This document shows positions 43,333-53,088 of a stretch of 64,000 nucleotides of DNA, piece by piece (within the stretch, counting starts at the first letter, position 1; each line of letters begins with the position of its first letter). The stretch spans positions 32,001-96,000 of the forward strand of contig CAWJSR010000045.1 of NCBI GenBank assembly GCA_963845515.1, read 5' to 3'. The translations under genes and the position numbers were made by a program. The notes beneath the pieces were generated by a model. That model ran no database searches, had not been told where the DNA came from, and worked only from the letters and a program-made list of their open reading frames with translations. Source of the stretch: an uncultured delta proteobacterium. Its GTDB lineage: Bacteria; Myxococcota; Myxococcia; Myxococcales; Anaeromyxobacteraceae.

Positions 43333-43358
43333 CCCGCTCCCCCGGTGGGGGAGAGGGA
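43321..43358 (+). repeat. Triplex-type repeat copy 6, supplies the stop codon of the RlmN-like gene
   Basis: CCCTCACCC-TGA-CCCGCTCCCCC-ggt-GGGGGAGAGGG. Confidence 0.8.
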
Positions 43359-43369
43359 AGGAGAAAGGG

Positions 43370-44428
43370 TCAGCCGACTGCCGCCACCAGCATGTGGGCC
43401 AGGAAGTAGCAGACCGCGGCGACGGCAGCTGACGCGGGGATGGTGATGACCCAGGCCCAGACGATCTTGCCGGCGACCCCCCAGCGGACCGCGCGGGTCC
43501 CCTTGGTGGAGCCGACGCCGACGATGGCCCCGGTGATGGTGTGGGTGGTCGAGACCGGGATGCCCCAGTGGGCGAGCGCGATGATGGTCACGCCGCCGCC
43601 GGTCTCCGCGCAGAAGCCGCCGATGGGGGCCAGCTTCGTCAGGTTGTGCCCCATCGTCTTCACGATCCGCCACCCGCCGAACATCGTGCCCATGCCGATG
43701 GCCGCGCCGCAGGCCACAGCGACCCAGAACGGGACGATCAGCGGCGCGTTGGGGTCCGCGGGGAGCCGATCCGACCAGATCGAGCCGTAGAGGATCACCG
43801 AGATGATCCCCATGACCTTCTGCGCGTCGTTGGTGCCGTGGCTGTAGCTGAAGATCGCTGCGGAGAGCAGCTGGAGCTTCCTGAACCAGTGGTCCACGGC
43901 CCACGGCGTGCGGCGGCGGACGATCCAGGCGGTGAGGACCATCATCAGCGACCCGAGCGTGAAGCCGATGAGCGGGGAGAGGACGATGAAGGCGACGACC
44001 TTCAGGATCCCCGAGGCGATGAGGCCGCTGGGACCGAGCGAGGGCAGCGTCGCGCCGATGAGCCCGCCCGCGAGCGCATGTGACGACGAGGACGGCAGCC
44101 CCCAGAGCCACGTCAGGAGGTTCCAGACGATTGCGCCCATCAGCGCGGCGAAGATGACGGTGAGGACCTCCGCCGAGCCGTGCGCCCGGAGCATGTCGAA
44201 GTGGATGATCCCCTTCCCCATGGTGTTGGCGACCTTCGGGGTCACCCCCCAGAGGATCGGCGCCACCGCGACGAAGTTGAAGAAGGCGGCCCAGATCACC
44301 GCCTGGAGCGGCGAGAGCACGCGCGTCGAGACGACCGTCGCGATCGAGTTGGCCGCGTCGTGGAAGCCGTTGATGAAGTCGAAAGCGAGCGCGAGGAGGA
44401 CGAGGAGGACGACGACGGCGGTCAGCAT
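43370..44428 (-). CDS. pit: Inorganic phosphate transporter (PiT family)
   Basis: NGFHDAANSIAT, GLPSSSSHAL, HGTNDAQK, PVSTTH. Confidence 0.95.
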   Translation of the reverse strand: MLTAVVVLLVLLALAFDFINGFHDAANSIATVVSTRVLSPLQAVIWAAFFNFVAVAPILWGVTPKVANTMGKGIIHFDMLRAHGSAEVLTVIFAALMGAIVWNLLTWLWGLPSSSSHALAGGLIGATLPSLGPSGLIASGILKVVAFIVLSPLIGFTLGSLMMVLTAWIVRRRTPWAVDHWFRKLQLLSAAIFSYSHGTNDAQKVMGIISVILYGSIWSDRLPADPNAPLIVPFWVAVACGAAIGMGTMFGGWRIVKTMGHNLTKLAPIGGFCAETGGGVTIIALAHWGIPVSTTHTITGAIVGVGSTKGTRAVRWGVAGKIVWAWVITIPASAAVAAVCYFLAHMLVAAVG

Positions 44429-44460
44429 GTGGGCGGTCTCTGGCGCGGCGCGGGGACCGG

Positions 44461-45096
44461 CTACGCGTGCTCGAGGACGACGCCCTCTATGATGTTGGCC
44501 ACGTCCTCGGCCCGGTCGGTGGCCGTCTCGATGAAGTCGATGATCTCCTTCCACTTCATGACGTGGAGCGGGTCGTTGCCGCGCTTGAAGAGCATCGCCA
44601 TCGTCTTGCGCGTCAGCGTGTCGGCCTGGTTCTCGATGACGTTGATCTCCTTGCAGGCCTCGAGGATGCGGGTCGGGTCCTTCTTCATGTCCCGCAGCCC
44701 CTTCACCGCCTCCTCCATCTTCCGCGTCTGCGCCACCAGGATGCCGGCCAGCTCCCGGGACTCGGGGATCGACTGGTCGAGGTCGTAGAGCGAGAGCCGC
44801 TCCGCGGCGGCGTCGGTCAGGTCGAGGACGTCGTCGATCTTCGAGAGCAGCTCGTGGATCTCCGACCGGTCGAAGGGGGTGATGAAGTTGGTGTAGAGCT
44901 TCTTGAAGGCCTGGTGGGTGATGTCGTCGGCCTTGTGCTCCACGTCCTTGATGGCCTGCGCCTTCCTCTGGACGTCGGTGAAGTCGTCGAGCATCGCCTT
45001 GAGCAGGACCGCCCCCTCGACCGCCGTGGCCGCCTGGGCCTCGAAGTAGGTGAAGAAGTCGTCGGAGCGCGGCATCATCTTTTCGAGGAGCGTCAT
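44461..45096 (-). CDS. DUF47 / PhoU-like phosphate transport regulator
   Basis: EHKADD, FITPFDRSEI, ENQAD, ETATDRAED; upstream of pit. Confidence 0.92.
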   Translation of the reverse strand: MTLLEKMMPRSDDFFTYFEAQAATAVEGAVLLKAMLDDFTDVQRKAQAIKDVEHKADDITHQAFKKLYTNFITPFDRSEIHELLSKIDDVLDLTDAAAERLSLYDLDQSIPESRELAGILVAQTRKMEEAVKGLRDMKKDPTRILEACKEINVIENQADTLTRKTMAMLFKRGNDPLHVMKWKEIIDFIETATDRAEDVANIIEGVVLEHA

Positions 45097-45261
45097 GGCG
45101 GGCTGGTCTCTTTCGCGGTCGTTTTGCCGCGGAGGATACGAATTCGTGTCGCTGAGTCAAAGGGCGACGGTCATCGAATCGGGGGCGTTCGTGTGACGAC
45201 TCGGTGACGGCGCCAAGCGCGCGATAGTCCGGGGGAATCGCGCCGGTGGTAGAGTCGGGCA

Positions 45262-46056
45262 GTGAACTCCACGCGCGCACTTGCCCTCCTCGCCCTCCTC
45301 TCCGCGCCCCTGGCCCGCGCCGAGGGGCCCAGGCCGCTCGAGTACGACCTGCGGCTCGACCTCCCCCTGACCGTGGCGGCGACGGCCGCATGGGTCGGCT
45401 CGGAGCTGGCCAAGGAGCGGCTGGCGCCCGACGCGTGCCGGTTCTGCGAGCCGAACGGGCTCGACACGGCGGTGCGGAACGCGGTCGTCTGGCGGAACCC
45501 GGCCGCGGCGCGCCACGCGTCGGACGCCCTCGTCTTCGCGCTGCTGCCGGCAGGCATGGTCACGCACCAGCTCCTCGCCGCGCGCGCCGATGGGGAGCTC
45601 TCGGAGGGGTTCGTCGACGTCCTCGTGGTGGCAGAGGCGGCCGCGCTCGCCGCGGACCTGAACCAGCTCGTGAAGTTCGCCGTCGGGCGCGAGCGCCCGT
45701 TCGTCCACTACGGTGACCCGGCGCGGCCGCACGAGGCGGACGACGACCTGTCCTTCTACTCCGGCCACACGTCGATGGCCTTCGCGGTCGCCTCCTCCGC
45801 CGGGATGGTGAGCACGCTGCGTGGTTACCGGAGCGCGCCGTGGGTCTGGGGCGTCGGCATGTCTCTCGCGGCCACGGCGGGCTGGCTGCGGATGGGCGGG
45901 GACATGCACTGGTTCAGCGACGTGCTGGTGGGCGCGGCCGTCGGCACCGCCGTCGGCGCCGGCCTCCCGTGGCTCCTGCACAGGGACCGCGACGAAGGGC
46001 CCGACGTCGCCGTCACGGCGTCGCCGGCGATGGTCGCCTTCTCCTTCGCCTTCTGA
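45262..46056 (+). CDS. PAP2-family phosphatase
   Basis: KFAVGRERP, SFYSGH, LRMGGDMHWFSDV. Confidence 0.9.
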   Translation: MNSTRALALLALLSAPLARAEGPRPLEYDLRLDLPLTVAATAAWVGSELAKERLAPDACRFCEPNGLDTAVRNAVVWRNPAAARHASDALVFALLPAGMVTHQLLAARADGELSEGFVDVLVVAEAAALAADLNQLVKFAVGRERPFVHYGDPARPHEADDDLSFYSGHTSMAFAVASSAGMVSTLRGYRSAPWVWGVGMSLAATAGWLRMGGDMHWFSDVLVGAAVGTAVGAGLPWLLHRDRDEGPDVAVTASPAMVAFSFAF

Positions 46057-46070
46057 CGCCCGGCGTCCCG

Positions 46071-47933
46071 TTGAACCTGGTCGAGCACCTCGATCGGCTG
46101 GCCAGGCTCCTCGCCGCGGAGCGCGAGGAGGAGCGGGCGCGCTTCGAGGAGGCCAGGGGAAGGCTCTCGATCGTCGAGCAGGAGGGGCGCGGCATCGCGC
46201 TGGCCGACCTGGAGCCGGAGGCCGAGGGGGTGCTCGCCGGGAGGGCGCTCGTGACCTACGGCCGCGGTGGCCGGCCGCTGGCGGGGGGACGGATCGGCGT
46301 CGGCGCGATCGTGCGGGTGGACTCCAGGCGCGAGGCGCGGCCGGACGCGCCGACGGGCGTCGTCGCGCGGCGGAGCCGCATGCGCGTCACCGTCGCGTTC
46401 GACGAGCCGCCGCCCGAGTGGGCGGTCGGTGGACGCGTGGTCCTGACCCTGGAGCCCTCTCCCGTCACCTGGGACCGGCTCGACTCCGCGATACGGCGGA
46501 TCCGCGAGGAGCAGGCGGGGAAGCGGTGGCACGCCGCGCTCTCGGGCGCGCCGCTGCGCTTCGCGGCGCGGCCGCGGGCCGCCCCGACGCCGGAGGGGCT
46601 CAACGCCGAGCAGCGTGGCGCCTTCGACCTGGCGGAGCGCGCAGACGACCTCGCGCTCGTCCACGGTCCGCCCGGGACCGGCAAGACGACCGTCCTCGTG
46701 GAGATCGTGCGGGCGGCGGCGGCGCGTGGCGAGAGGGTCCTGGCGACGGCGCCGTCCAACCTCGCGGTCGACAACCTGGTGGAGCGGCTCGTGGCCGCGG
46801 GGCTCGACTGCGTCCGGCTTGGCCACCCGGCGCGCGTCCTCCCCTCGGTGCTCTCCCACACGCTCGAGGCGAAGGCCGAGGAGCGGGAGGAGGCGCGGAT
46901 CGCCGCCCGGCTGGTGGAGGACGCGCTGGCCTTGCGGCGCGATGCCGCGAAGCGGCGCGGAAAGAAGGGGCCCGGCCGGTTCAGCCAGTCGCGCGGGCAG
47001 GAGCGTGAGGCCCGGGCGCTCTTCGCGGAGGCGCGCGCGCTGGAGGACCGCGCTGAGGCGGCGGTGATCGACCGCGCGCAGGTGGTCCTGGCGACGCTCA
47101 CGGGGCTCGACGCCGGACCGCTCGCCGGGCGGCGCTTCGACCTCGCGGTCGCGGACGAGGCGACGCAGGCGACGGAGCCGGCGCTCTATCTCGCGCTCCT
47201 CCGCGCCGACCGGGCGGTGCTCGCAGGCGACCCGCTCCAGCTGCCGCCGACGATCGTCTCGGACGAGGCGCAGGCGGGCGGCCTCGGGATCTCGCTCTTC
47301 GAGAGGCTCGCCGGGATGCACGGCGACGCCGCGCGCGTGACGCTCGCCGAGCAGCACCGGATGAACGCACGGATCATGCGCTTCCCGTCCGAGGCGCTCT
47401 ATGGAGGCGCGCTGCGCGCTCACCCGGCGGTCGCAGACCACGCGCTCGACGGCGAGCCGCTCCTGTTCGTGGACACGGCGGGCGCGGGTCACGACGAGGA
47501 CACGCCCGAGGGGAGCGACTCCCGCCAGAACGACGGCGAGGCCGCCCTCGCGGTCCGGGAGGTCGAGCGGATCCTGGCGCTCGGGGTGGCCCCCGCGGAC
47601 GTCGCGGTGATCTCTCCCTACGACGCGCAGGTGCAGCGGCTCCGCCAGCTGCTCGCGCCATATCTCGACGCCGGGCTGGAGGTCGACACGGTCGACGGCT
47701 TCCAGGGGCGCGAGAAGGAGGCGGTGGTCGTCTCGCTCGTCAGATCGAACGATGCGGGCGAGGTGGGCTTCCTCGCCGACGTCCGACGGATGAACGTGGC
47801 CATCACGCGGGCGCGCAAGAAGCTCGTGGTCATAGGCGACTCGGCGACCGTGGCGCGCCACCCGTTCTACGAGGCTTTCCAGCGCCATGCCGAGCAGGCG
47901 GGGGCGTGGCGCAGCGCCTTCGAGAGGGAGTAG
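46071..47933 (+). CDS. SF1 helicase, IGHMBP2/Upf1/DNA2-like
   Basis: HGPPGTGKT, APSNLAVDN, DEATQ, GDPLQLPP, QHRM, TVDGFQGRE, RMNVAITRA. Confidence 0.93.
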   Translation: MNLVEHLDRLARLLAAEREEERARFEEARGRLSIVEQEGRGIALADLEPEAEGVLAGRALVTYGRGGRPLAGGRIGVGAIVRVDSRREARPDAPTGVVARRSRMRVTVAFDEPPPEWAVGGRVVLTLEPSPVTWDRLDSAIRRIREEQAGKRWHAALSGAPLRFAARPRAAPTPEGLNAEQRGAFDLAERADDLALVHGPPGTGKTTVLVEIVRAAAARGERVLATAPSNLAVDNLVERLVAAGLDCVRLGHPARVLPSVLSHTLEAKAEEREEARIAARLVEDALALRRDAAKRRGKKGPGRFSQSRGQEREARALFAEARALEDRAEAAVIDRAQVVLATLTGLDAGPLAGRRFDLAVADEATQATEPALYLALLRADRAVLAGDPLQLPPTIVSDEAQAGGLGISLFERLAGMHGDAARVTLAEQHRMNARIMRFPSEALYGGALRAHPAVADHALDGEPLLFVDTAGAGHDEDTPEGSDSRQNDGEAALAVREVERILALGVAPADVAVISPYDAQVQRLRQLLAPYLDAGLEVDTVDGFQGREKEAVVVSLVRSNDAGEVGFLADVRRMNVAITRARKKLVVIGDSATVARHPFYEAFQRHAEQAGAWRSAFERE

Positions 47934-48016
47934 TTGCGGCGCATTGTCGCCCTCCGCGGGACGGCAGGTGCTTCACCTTCCGTACGCCGGGCGGTAGGCT
48001 TCGGCTGGGAGCGGTC

Positions 48017-49126
48017 ATGAGGGAGCGAGACGAGACGCGCGCGTCGCGCCAGGCGGCCGAGCTCGAGGCCGTGCTCGACTCGATCGCTGACGGGCTCGTC
48101 ATCTTCGGCCCGCGCGGCGAAGTCCGCAGCATGAACGAGGCGGCGTTCCGCTACGTCGTGAGCGACCCTTCGGCCGACCGCACCGGCGCGCCGCCGCCGG
48201 GCGGCCCGCAGTTCGTAGACGCGGAGGGAAAGCCGCTCGCGGGAGGGAGGAGCCCCGTCGACCGCGCGCTGGCGGGTGAGACCGTTCGCGCCCTGCACCT
48301 CAGGACGGTGCATCCCGAGACCGGCCGGTGCGGCTGGGTGGCGGCGAGCGCGGCGCCGATCCGGAGTGGCGACGGGCGGATCGAGGGGGCCGTGCTCACC
48401 TTCTCGGACGAGACGAGCGTCTACAGGCTGCAGGAGGAGCGGGACGATCTCCTGAGGGCCATCACCCATGACCTCCGGACGCCGCTGAACGCGATCTACA
48501 TGCAGGCCCACCTCGTCGAGCGGGGGTCCGGTGGGCCGGACCGGGCAGCCGAGCGAGGTCGCTCCATCGTGAAGAGCTGCGAGCGGATGAGCGAGATGCT
48601 CCAGGAGCTGGCGGACAGCGCGATGCTGGAGGCCGGGCGGCTCCACTTCGCGCCGCAGCCCGTCGACGTCGCCGCGTTCGCGGCGGAGCTGCTGGAGCGA
48701 CTGCGTGGCGGGCTCGACGTCGACCGCGTCAGGTTCGCGGCGGAGCCGGGCCTCCCGCCGGCGATCGCCAATCCCAAGTGGCTGGAGAGGATCCTCGTGA
48801 ACCTCGTCTCGAACGCCCTCAAGTATTCGCCGGCGCAGACCGAGGTCGAGGTGCGGACCGTCGCGGTGGAGGCTGGAGTCGAGCTCCGTGTCGTCGACCA
48901 CGGCGTCGGGATCACGCCGGAGGACCAGGTCCACCTCTTCGAGCGCTGGTTCCGCTCCAAGGGGACGCGGCGGCCCGAGGGGCTCGGACTCGGGCTCTAC
49001 ATCACGCGGCTCCTGGTCGAGGCACAGCACGGCCGGATCCGCGTGGAGACCGCCCTCGGCCAGGGCTCGACGTTCCGGGTCTGGTTCCCGTCGCACCCGC
49101 CGGCGGGGCGCGCCTCCCAGGGGTAG
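48017..49126 (+). CDS. PAS sensor histidine kinase
   Basis: PAS, HDLRTPL, NLVSNALKY, DHGVGI, GLGLGL. Confidence 0.9.
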   Translation: MRERDETRASRQAAELEAVLDSIADGLVIFGPRGEVRSMNEAAFRYVVSDPSADRTGAPPPGGPQFVDAEGKPLAGGRSPVDRALAGETVRALHLRTVHPETGRCGWVAASAAPIRSGDGRIEGAVLTFSDETSVYRLQEERDDLLRAITHDLRTPLNAIYMQAHLVERGSGGPDRAAERGRSIVKSCERMSEMLQELADSAMLEAGRLHFAPQPVDVAAFAAELLERLRGGLDVDRVRFAAEPGLPPAIANPKWLERILVNLVSNALKYSPAQTEVEVRTVAVEAGVELRVVDHGVGITPEDQVHLFERWFRSKGTRRPEGLGLGLYITRLLVEAQHGRIRVETALGQGSTFRVWFPSHPPAGRASQG

Positions 49127-49181
49127 CGATCTCCGGCCTTGGGGGCTCGTGCGCCGGCCCTGCTTGGGCTAGCTTGCGCAG

Positions 49182-49988
49182 GTGATCCGCTCCACTTTCC
49201 GGCTCGTCCCCGGCGTCGGCCCGTGGGCCGAGGGTCAGGTCTGGAAGGCGGGCATCCGCTCCTGGGACGAGATCCCATCCGCGCCCGGACGGATCCTCTC
49301 GACCAGGCTGGATCAGCGACTGCGCGAGGCGGTGGCGCGCGCCTCCGACCTGATCGCCGCCCGCGACGCCGATGGCCTCGCGACGCTCGTCCCGAAGGGC
49401 GAGCGGTGGCGCCTCTTCGCGGCGTTCGCGGCCGAGGCGGCCTACCTCGACATCGAGACCGACGGCGGCGACACGGTGACCGTCATCGGGATCCTGGACG
49501 CGAGCGGGCCGAGGGTCCTGATCGCGGGGCGGGACCTGGACGACTTCCCGGAGATCGCGGCGCGCTGGAAGCTGCTCGTGACCTACAACGGGCTCTCTTT
49601 CGACGTCCCGATGCTGAAGCGCCGCTTCCCGGGCTGGAGGCCTCCGCTCGCGCACGTCGACCTGCGCCACGTCTGGCACCGGCTGGGTCACCGCGGCGGG
49701 CTGAAGCTGCTCGAGATCGCCAACGGCATCGTCCGCCCCGACCGGCTCGCCGGCCTCGACGGTCGCGACGCCATCGTCCTCTGGGATCGCCACCTTGCCG
49801 GGGACACGGGCGCGACGCGCCTCCTCGCCGAGTACAACCTCCGCGACACCGTCGACCTCCAGCCGCTGATGGAGCGCGGCTACAACAAGCTGGTCGAGCG
49901 GCTGGGAGCGGCGGCGCCGAAGCTCGCGGAGTCGTCCTTCGGCGACCTGGGCTACGACGTCACGAAGGTGCTCCTCGGGCTGCGCTGA
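49182..49988 (+). CDS. YprB-like RNase H-fold (DEDD) exonuclease
   Basis: YLDIET, TYNGLSFDVP, HVDL, GGLKLLE, YNLRD. Confidence 0.85.
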   Translation: MIRSTFRLVPGVGPWAEGQVWKAGIRSWDEIPSAPGRILSTRLDQRLREAVARASDLIAARDADGLATLVPKGERWRLFAAFAAEAAYLDIETDGGDTVTVIGILDASGPRVLIAGRDLDDFPEIAARWKLLVTYNGLSFDVPMLKRRFPGWRPPLAHVDLRHVWHRLGHRGGLKLLEIANGIVRPDRLAGLDGRDAIVLWDRHLAGDTGATRLLAEYNLRDTVDLQPLMERGYNKLVERLGAAAPKLAESSFGDLGYDVTKVLLGLR

Positions 49989-50000
49989 ACGCGGCTCCCG

Positions 50001-52157
50001 CTACGGAGTGCAGCAGGTCCCGGCCGTGCTGCACCTGGGCGAGACGTCGAAGGTCGTGTTCGCGTACAGGCTCGAGCCGCCCTGCTGCGCCTTGAGGATG
50101 CCCGAGATCCCGCCGGCGCCGTCGGCCCGCGGGTAGCACCAGCCGGGCAAGCAGGTCACCGTCGCTGGTGTCGGCGACGCGCCCGAAAGGTACAAGGTCA
50201 CGAGCGAGGGATCCCCGTCCGGATCGGTGATCAGGGCGGGGATGGGGACTCCGCTGGTGGAGAGGGCGTACTTCCAGCAGGGGAGATCGCTGGCGCACCT
50301 GCAGCTCTCGACCGACGTCACGGGGACCGTGACCGTCGCCGGCCGGTCGAGGATGGTGATGTTCGTCGATGATTTGATGTTGCTCCAGCCGTCCGCCACC
50401 TCGACCGCGACCGGCTGAAGCGTGGCGAAGGCGGCGAGCGGCGGCAGGCCGCCGAGCGAGTAGTCCCACGCCAGCGCGCAGTCGATGACCGCGCGGCCTG
50501 CCACGAGCGCGAGCGCGTCGCAGTCGCCGGTCGTGAAGCTCGAAGCGTCGAGCGGGTCTCCGTCCGGATCCTCGAAGAGCGCCCCCTCCGCGGTAGCCAC
50601 GTAGCGACGAGTCGCGGCGTCGTAGGCGTGAGGGACCTGCACCGCGGGCGCGGCCTCCTTCACGACCGGCGGTCTGTTTCCGATCAGGAGCTTCAGCGAC
50701 GCGCTCGCGGTGGCCCCCCAGGGATCCTGAACCGTGACGTTGAGGCTGAAGCCGCTCGCGCCGGTCGTCGACATGAACTGTAGAGGGAGGCTCGTCGGCG
50801 TCTCGAACCGGAAGCCGTACTCCTCGCCGTCCAGAGCGATCGTTCCCCTCGACGACGTCCGGTCGGCGGCCACGGTAGCTCCGAGCTGGTAGTGGCTCAG
50901 GGGGTCGCCGTCGGGATCGTGGACCACGAAGGGGTCGGTGCCGTCGGCCACGAAGCAGGCTGCGCCGGTGGCCAGCGTGCAGGGCTCGACCCTGTGACCG
51001 ACCGGCATGAGCCCCAAGAAGCTGGTGCGTGAGGTGACGATGGCCGGCGGCTCGTTGGAGATCGTGATCGGCGCCGACGCAGAAGCCGTGGCCCCGTTCA
51101 CGTCCTCGACCGTCAGCGTCAGCATCCGGACCGCGTCGCCGATCAGCTCAGAGGCGACCGGGCAGGAGATCAGGAGATGCACGGCCTCGACGGACGCCGG
51201 AGCCGCCTCCTCGGTGCAGCCGGCAGCCGGCGCGGGTGTGATGGCCGCTGACACGATCAGGGCGTCTCCGTCGGGGTCGAGCGCCCCGGTCGCACGCTCG
51301 CCCTCGGCGAGGAAGGTGCCGTCCAGGTACCTGTGCCGAAGCACCGCCGGCGGGAACGCGACCGTCGGCGCCGTGTTTGCGACCACCACCTGCTGGACCG
51401 CCTGACCGATGAGCCCCGAAGGGCCCTCCGCCCGTATGCGGAACCGGTAGAGGCCGGCGATGGCGCCGCCCGTGTTCGAGATGTTGGCGGTGACCTGCGC
51501 GGCGTCCGCGCCCGGCGCGAAGGTCACCGAGAGCGACGGATCCTCCGCCACGCCCGCCGGTGGAAGGGCACGCCATCCCCAGGTGAGCGGCGCTCCATCG
51601 GGCTCCGTCCCGACCGCCCGGAGCTCCAGCGCCGGCGAGCCTGCTGGCCCCAGGACCTGACACGCGAGCGGCGTCCCCTCGCAGCGGTGGGTGGCCGAGA
51701 TGGCCGGTCCGGCCTCGACGGTGGGCGCGCCGGTCGCAGCGGCGACCTCGAAGGTGGCGACCGCGGGGGCGCCCTCCAGCCTGAGGTCGTCGACCGGAAC
51801 GACCGTGGCCTCGTAGGTTCCGGGGCACCAGAAGATCGCGTTCAGCGCGCCGCCGGCGGCCGGCTCGACGTCGGGCTCGCAGCCGCCGACGGCAGCGAGG
51901 ATCGTCCAGCGGTGGGTGACGGGGCGCCCTTCGGGATCCATCGTCTCGGGCGCCAGCGTGACGAGCCGGTGCGTCGTAGGCGCGACCGGCGCGGGGAGGT
52001 CCGCGACCGGCGGCGCGTTGGCCGCGCAGGCTCCCTGGTGGCAGAGGCTTCCTGCACCACAGTCGGAGTCCTGCGCGCAGTCGCGGATCGAGGGTGAAGA
52101 GGAGCAGGCGACGCCGAGGAGCAGCGCCGCGACGGCGAGCGCCGAGAGGTGGTTCAT
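50001..52157 (-). CDS. Large Cys-rich lipoprotein with repeated Ig/cadherin-like modules
   Basis: Lipobox LGVAC; CAQDSDC..C..GAC module; repeated NxxP...DPDGD units. Confidence 0.75.
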   Translation of the reverse strand: MNHLSALAVAALLLGVACSSSPSIRDCAQDSDCGAGSLCHQGACAANAPPVADLPAPVAPTTHRLVTLAPETMDPEGRPVTHRWTILAAVGGCEPDVEPAAGGALNAIFWCPGTYEATVVPVDDLRLEGAPAVATFEVAAATGAPTVEAGPAISATHRCEGTPLACQVLGPAGSPALELRAVGTEPDGAPLTWGWRALPPAGVAEDPSLSVTFAPGADAAQVTANISNTGGAIAGLYRFRIRAEGPSGLIGQAVQQVVVANTAPTVAFPPAVLRHRYLDGTFLAEGERATGALDPDGDALIVSAAITPAPAAGCTEEAAPASVEAVHLLISCPVASELIGDAVRMLTLTVEDVNGATASASAPITISNEPPAIVTSRTSFLGLMPVGHRVEPCTLATGAACFVADGTDPFVVHDPDGDPLSHYQLGATVAADRTSSRGTIALDGEEYGFRFETPTSLPLQFMSTTGASGFSLNVTVQDPWGATASASLKLLIGNRPPVVKEAAPAVQVPHAYDAATRRYVATAEGALFEDPDGDPLDASSFTTGDCDALALVAGRAVIDCALAWDYSLGGLPPLAAFATLQPVAVEVADGWSNIKSSTNITILDRPATVTVPVTSVESCRCASDLPCWKYALSTSGVPIPALITDPDGDPSLVTLYLSGASPTPATVTCLPGWCYPRADGAGGISGILKAQQGGSSLYANTTFDVSPRCSTAGTCCTP

Positions 52158-52426
52158 CAGGGCCCCCAGGGAGGACATACACTCATAGTCGGTGTTCACG
52201 ATCAGCGCAACCGTTGCATGACTCGCTCCACGCGCCGCGACGGGAGTGCGCGGGGTTGCCGGTCCCGGTGGGTCCGCGGATCGGCCGATTGGGACGCGGC
52301 GCGGACCGTCCTGGCCGCCGGTGCCGCGTCTCCACGGGCCCTGCCGTCCTCGCACGGGCGTTGCATCGGACACGCACCCATGGTGTTCTCGCCATTCACT
52401 TCCGGTGCGCCTTCGGGAGGCACGCC

Positions 52427-53086
52427 ATGTTGCCTGCAGCGGCAGCGCTCGTAGCCGTGATCCTCGCCATCCCGCCCGGGGAGCGCGTCCTGGCCTGCCG
52501 CGCCAGGATCGCGGGCGATCCCGCGCTCGCGCGGGGCGAGGCACACACCGAGGCCGTGCGCGCGCTGTCCGATCGGCTCCTCGACTACGGCATTCCGTGC
52601 GAGGCGACCGCCGAGGCAGCGCGCGCGGCGCGCCGCGCAGGGCTCTCCCACGCCGTCTTCGCCACGGCAGAGGGGCGGACCGATGGAAGCGTCGTGGAGC
52701 TGACGTTGGTCGACTCCGACGACCGCGTGCTGGCGGTCCGTCGGCTGCTGATCCCGCCGGGGGAGGAGATCGTGCAGCCGATCTCCTCGAGCCTGGACGG
52801 GCTGGCAGCGGAGATTCCGCGCCCCAGGGCGCGGAGCGTCCGCAGGCGGGCGGCGGTAGGGGTGGCAGGGGGAGGCCTCGCGCTCGTGGGGGTGGGCGCG
52901 GTCCTCGCGGCGATGGCGCGCGGCGAGGCCGACCGCGCGAACGCCGCGGCGACCCCAGACGAGTACACCGGCGCACGGCACTCGTGGGAGCGGGCTCGCG
53001 GCTGGAGCGGTGCGGCGCTCGGGGTAGGGGCGGCTGCGCTGGCGGCCGGCGTCATCTGGCGCTTCGAGCTCCATGGGGAGGACTGA
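52427..53086 (+). CDS. Exported hypothetical protein with Gly/Ala-rich C-terminal helices
   Basis: Signal-like N-terminus, hydrophobic helix pair at the C-terminus. Confidence 0.55.
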   Translation: MLPAAAALVAVILAIPPGERVLACRARIAGDPALARGEAHTEAVRALSDRLLDYGIPCEATAEAARAARRAGLSHAVFATAEGRTDGSVVELTLVDSDDRVLAVRRLLIPPGEEIVQPISSSLDGLAAEIPRPRARSVRRRAAVGVAGGGLALVGVGAVLAAMARGEADRANAAATPDEYTGARHSWERARGWSGAALGVGAAALAAGVIWRFELHGED

Positions 53087-53088
53087 CC

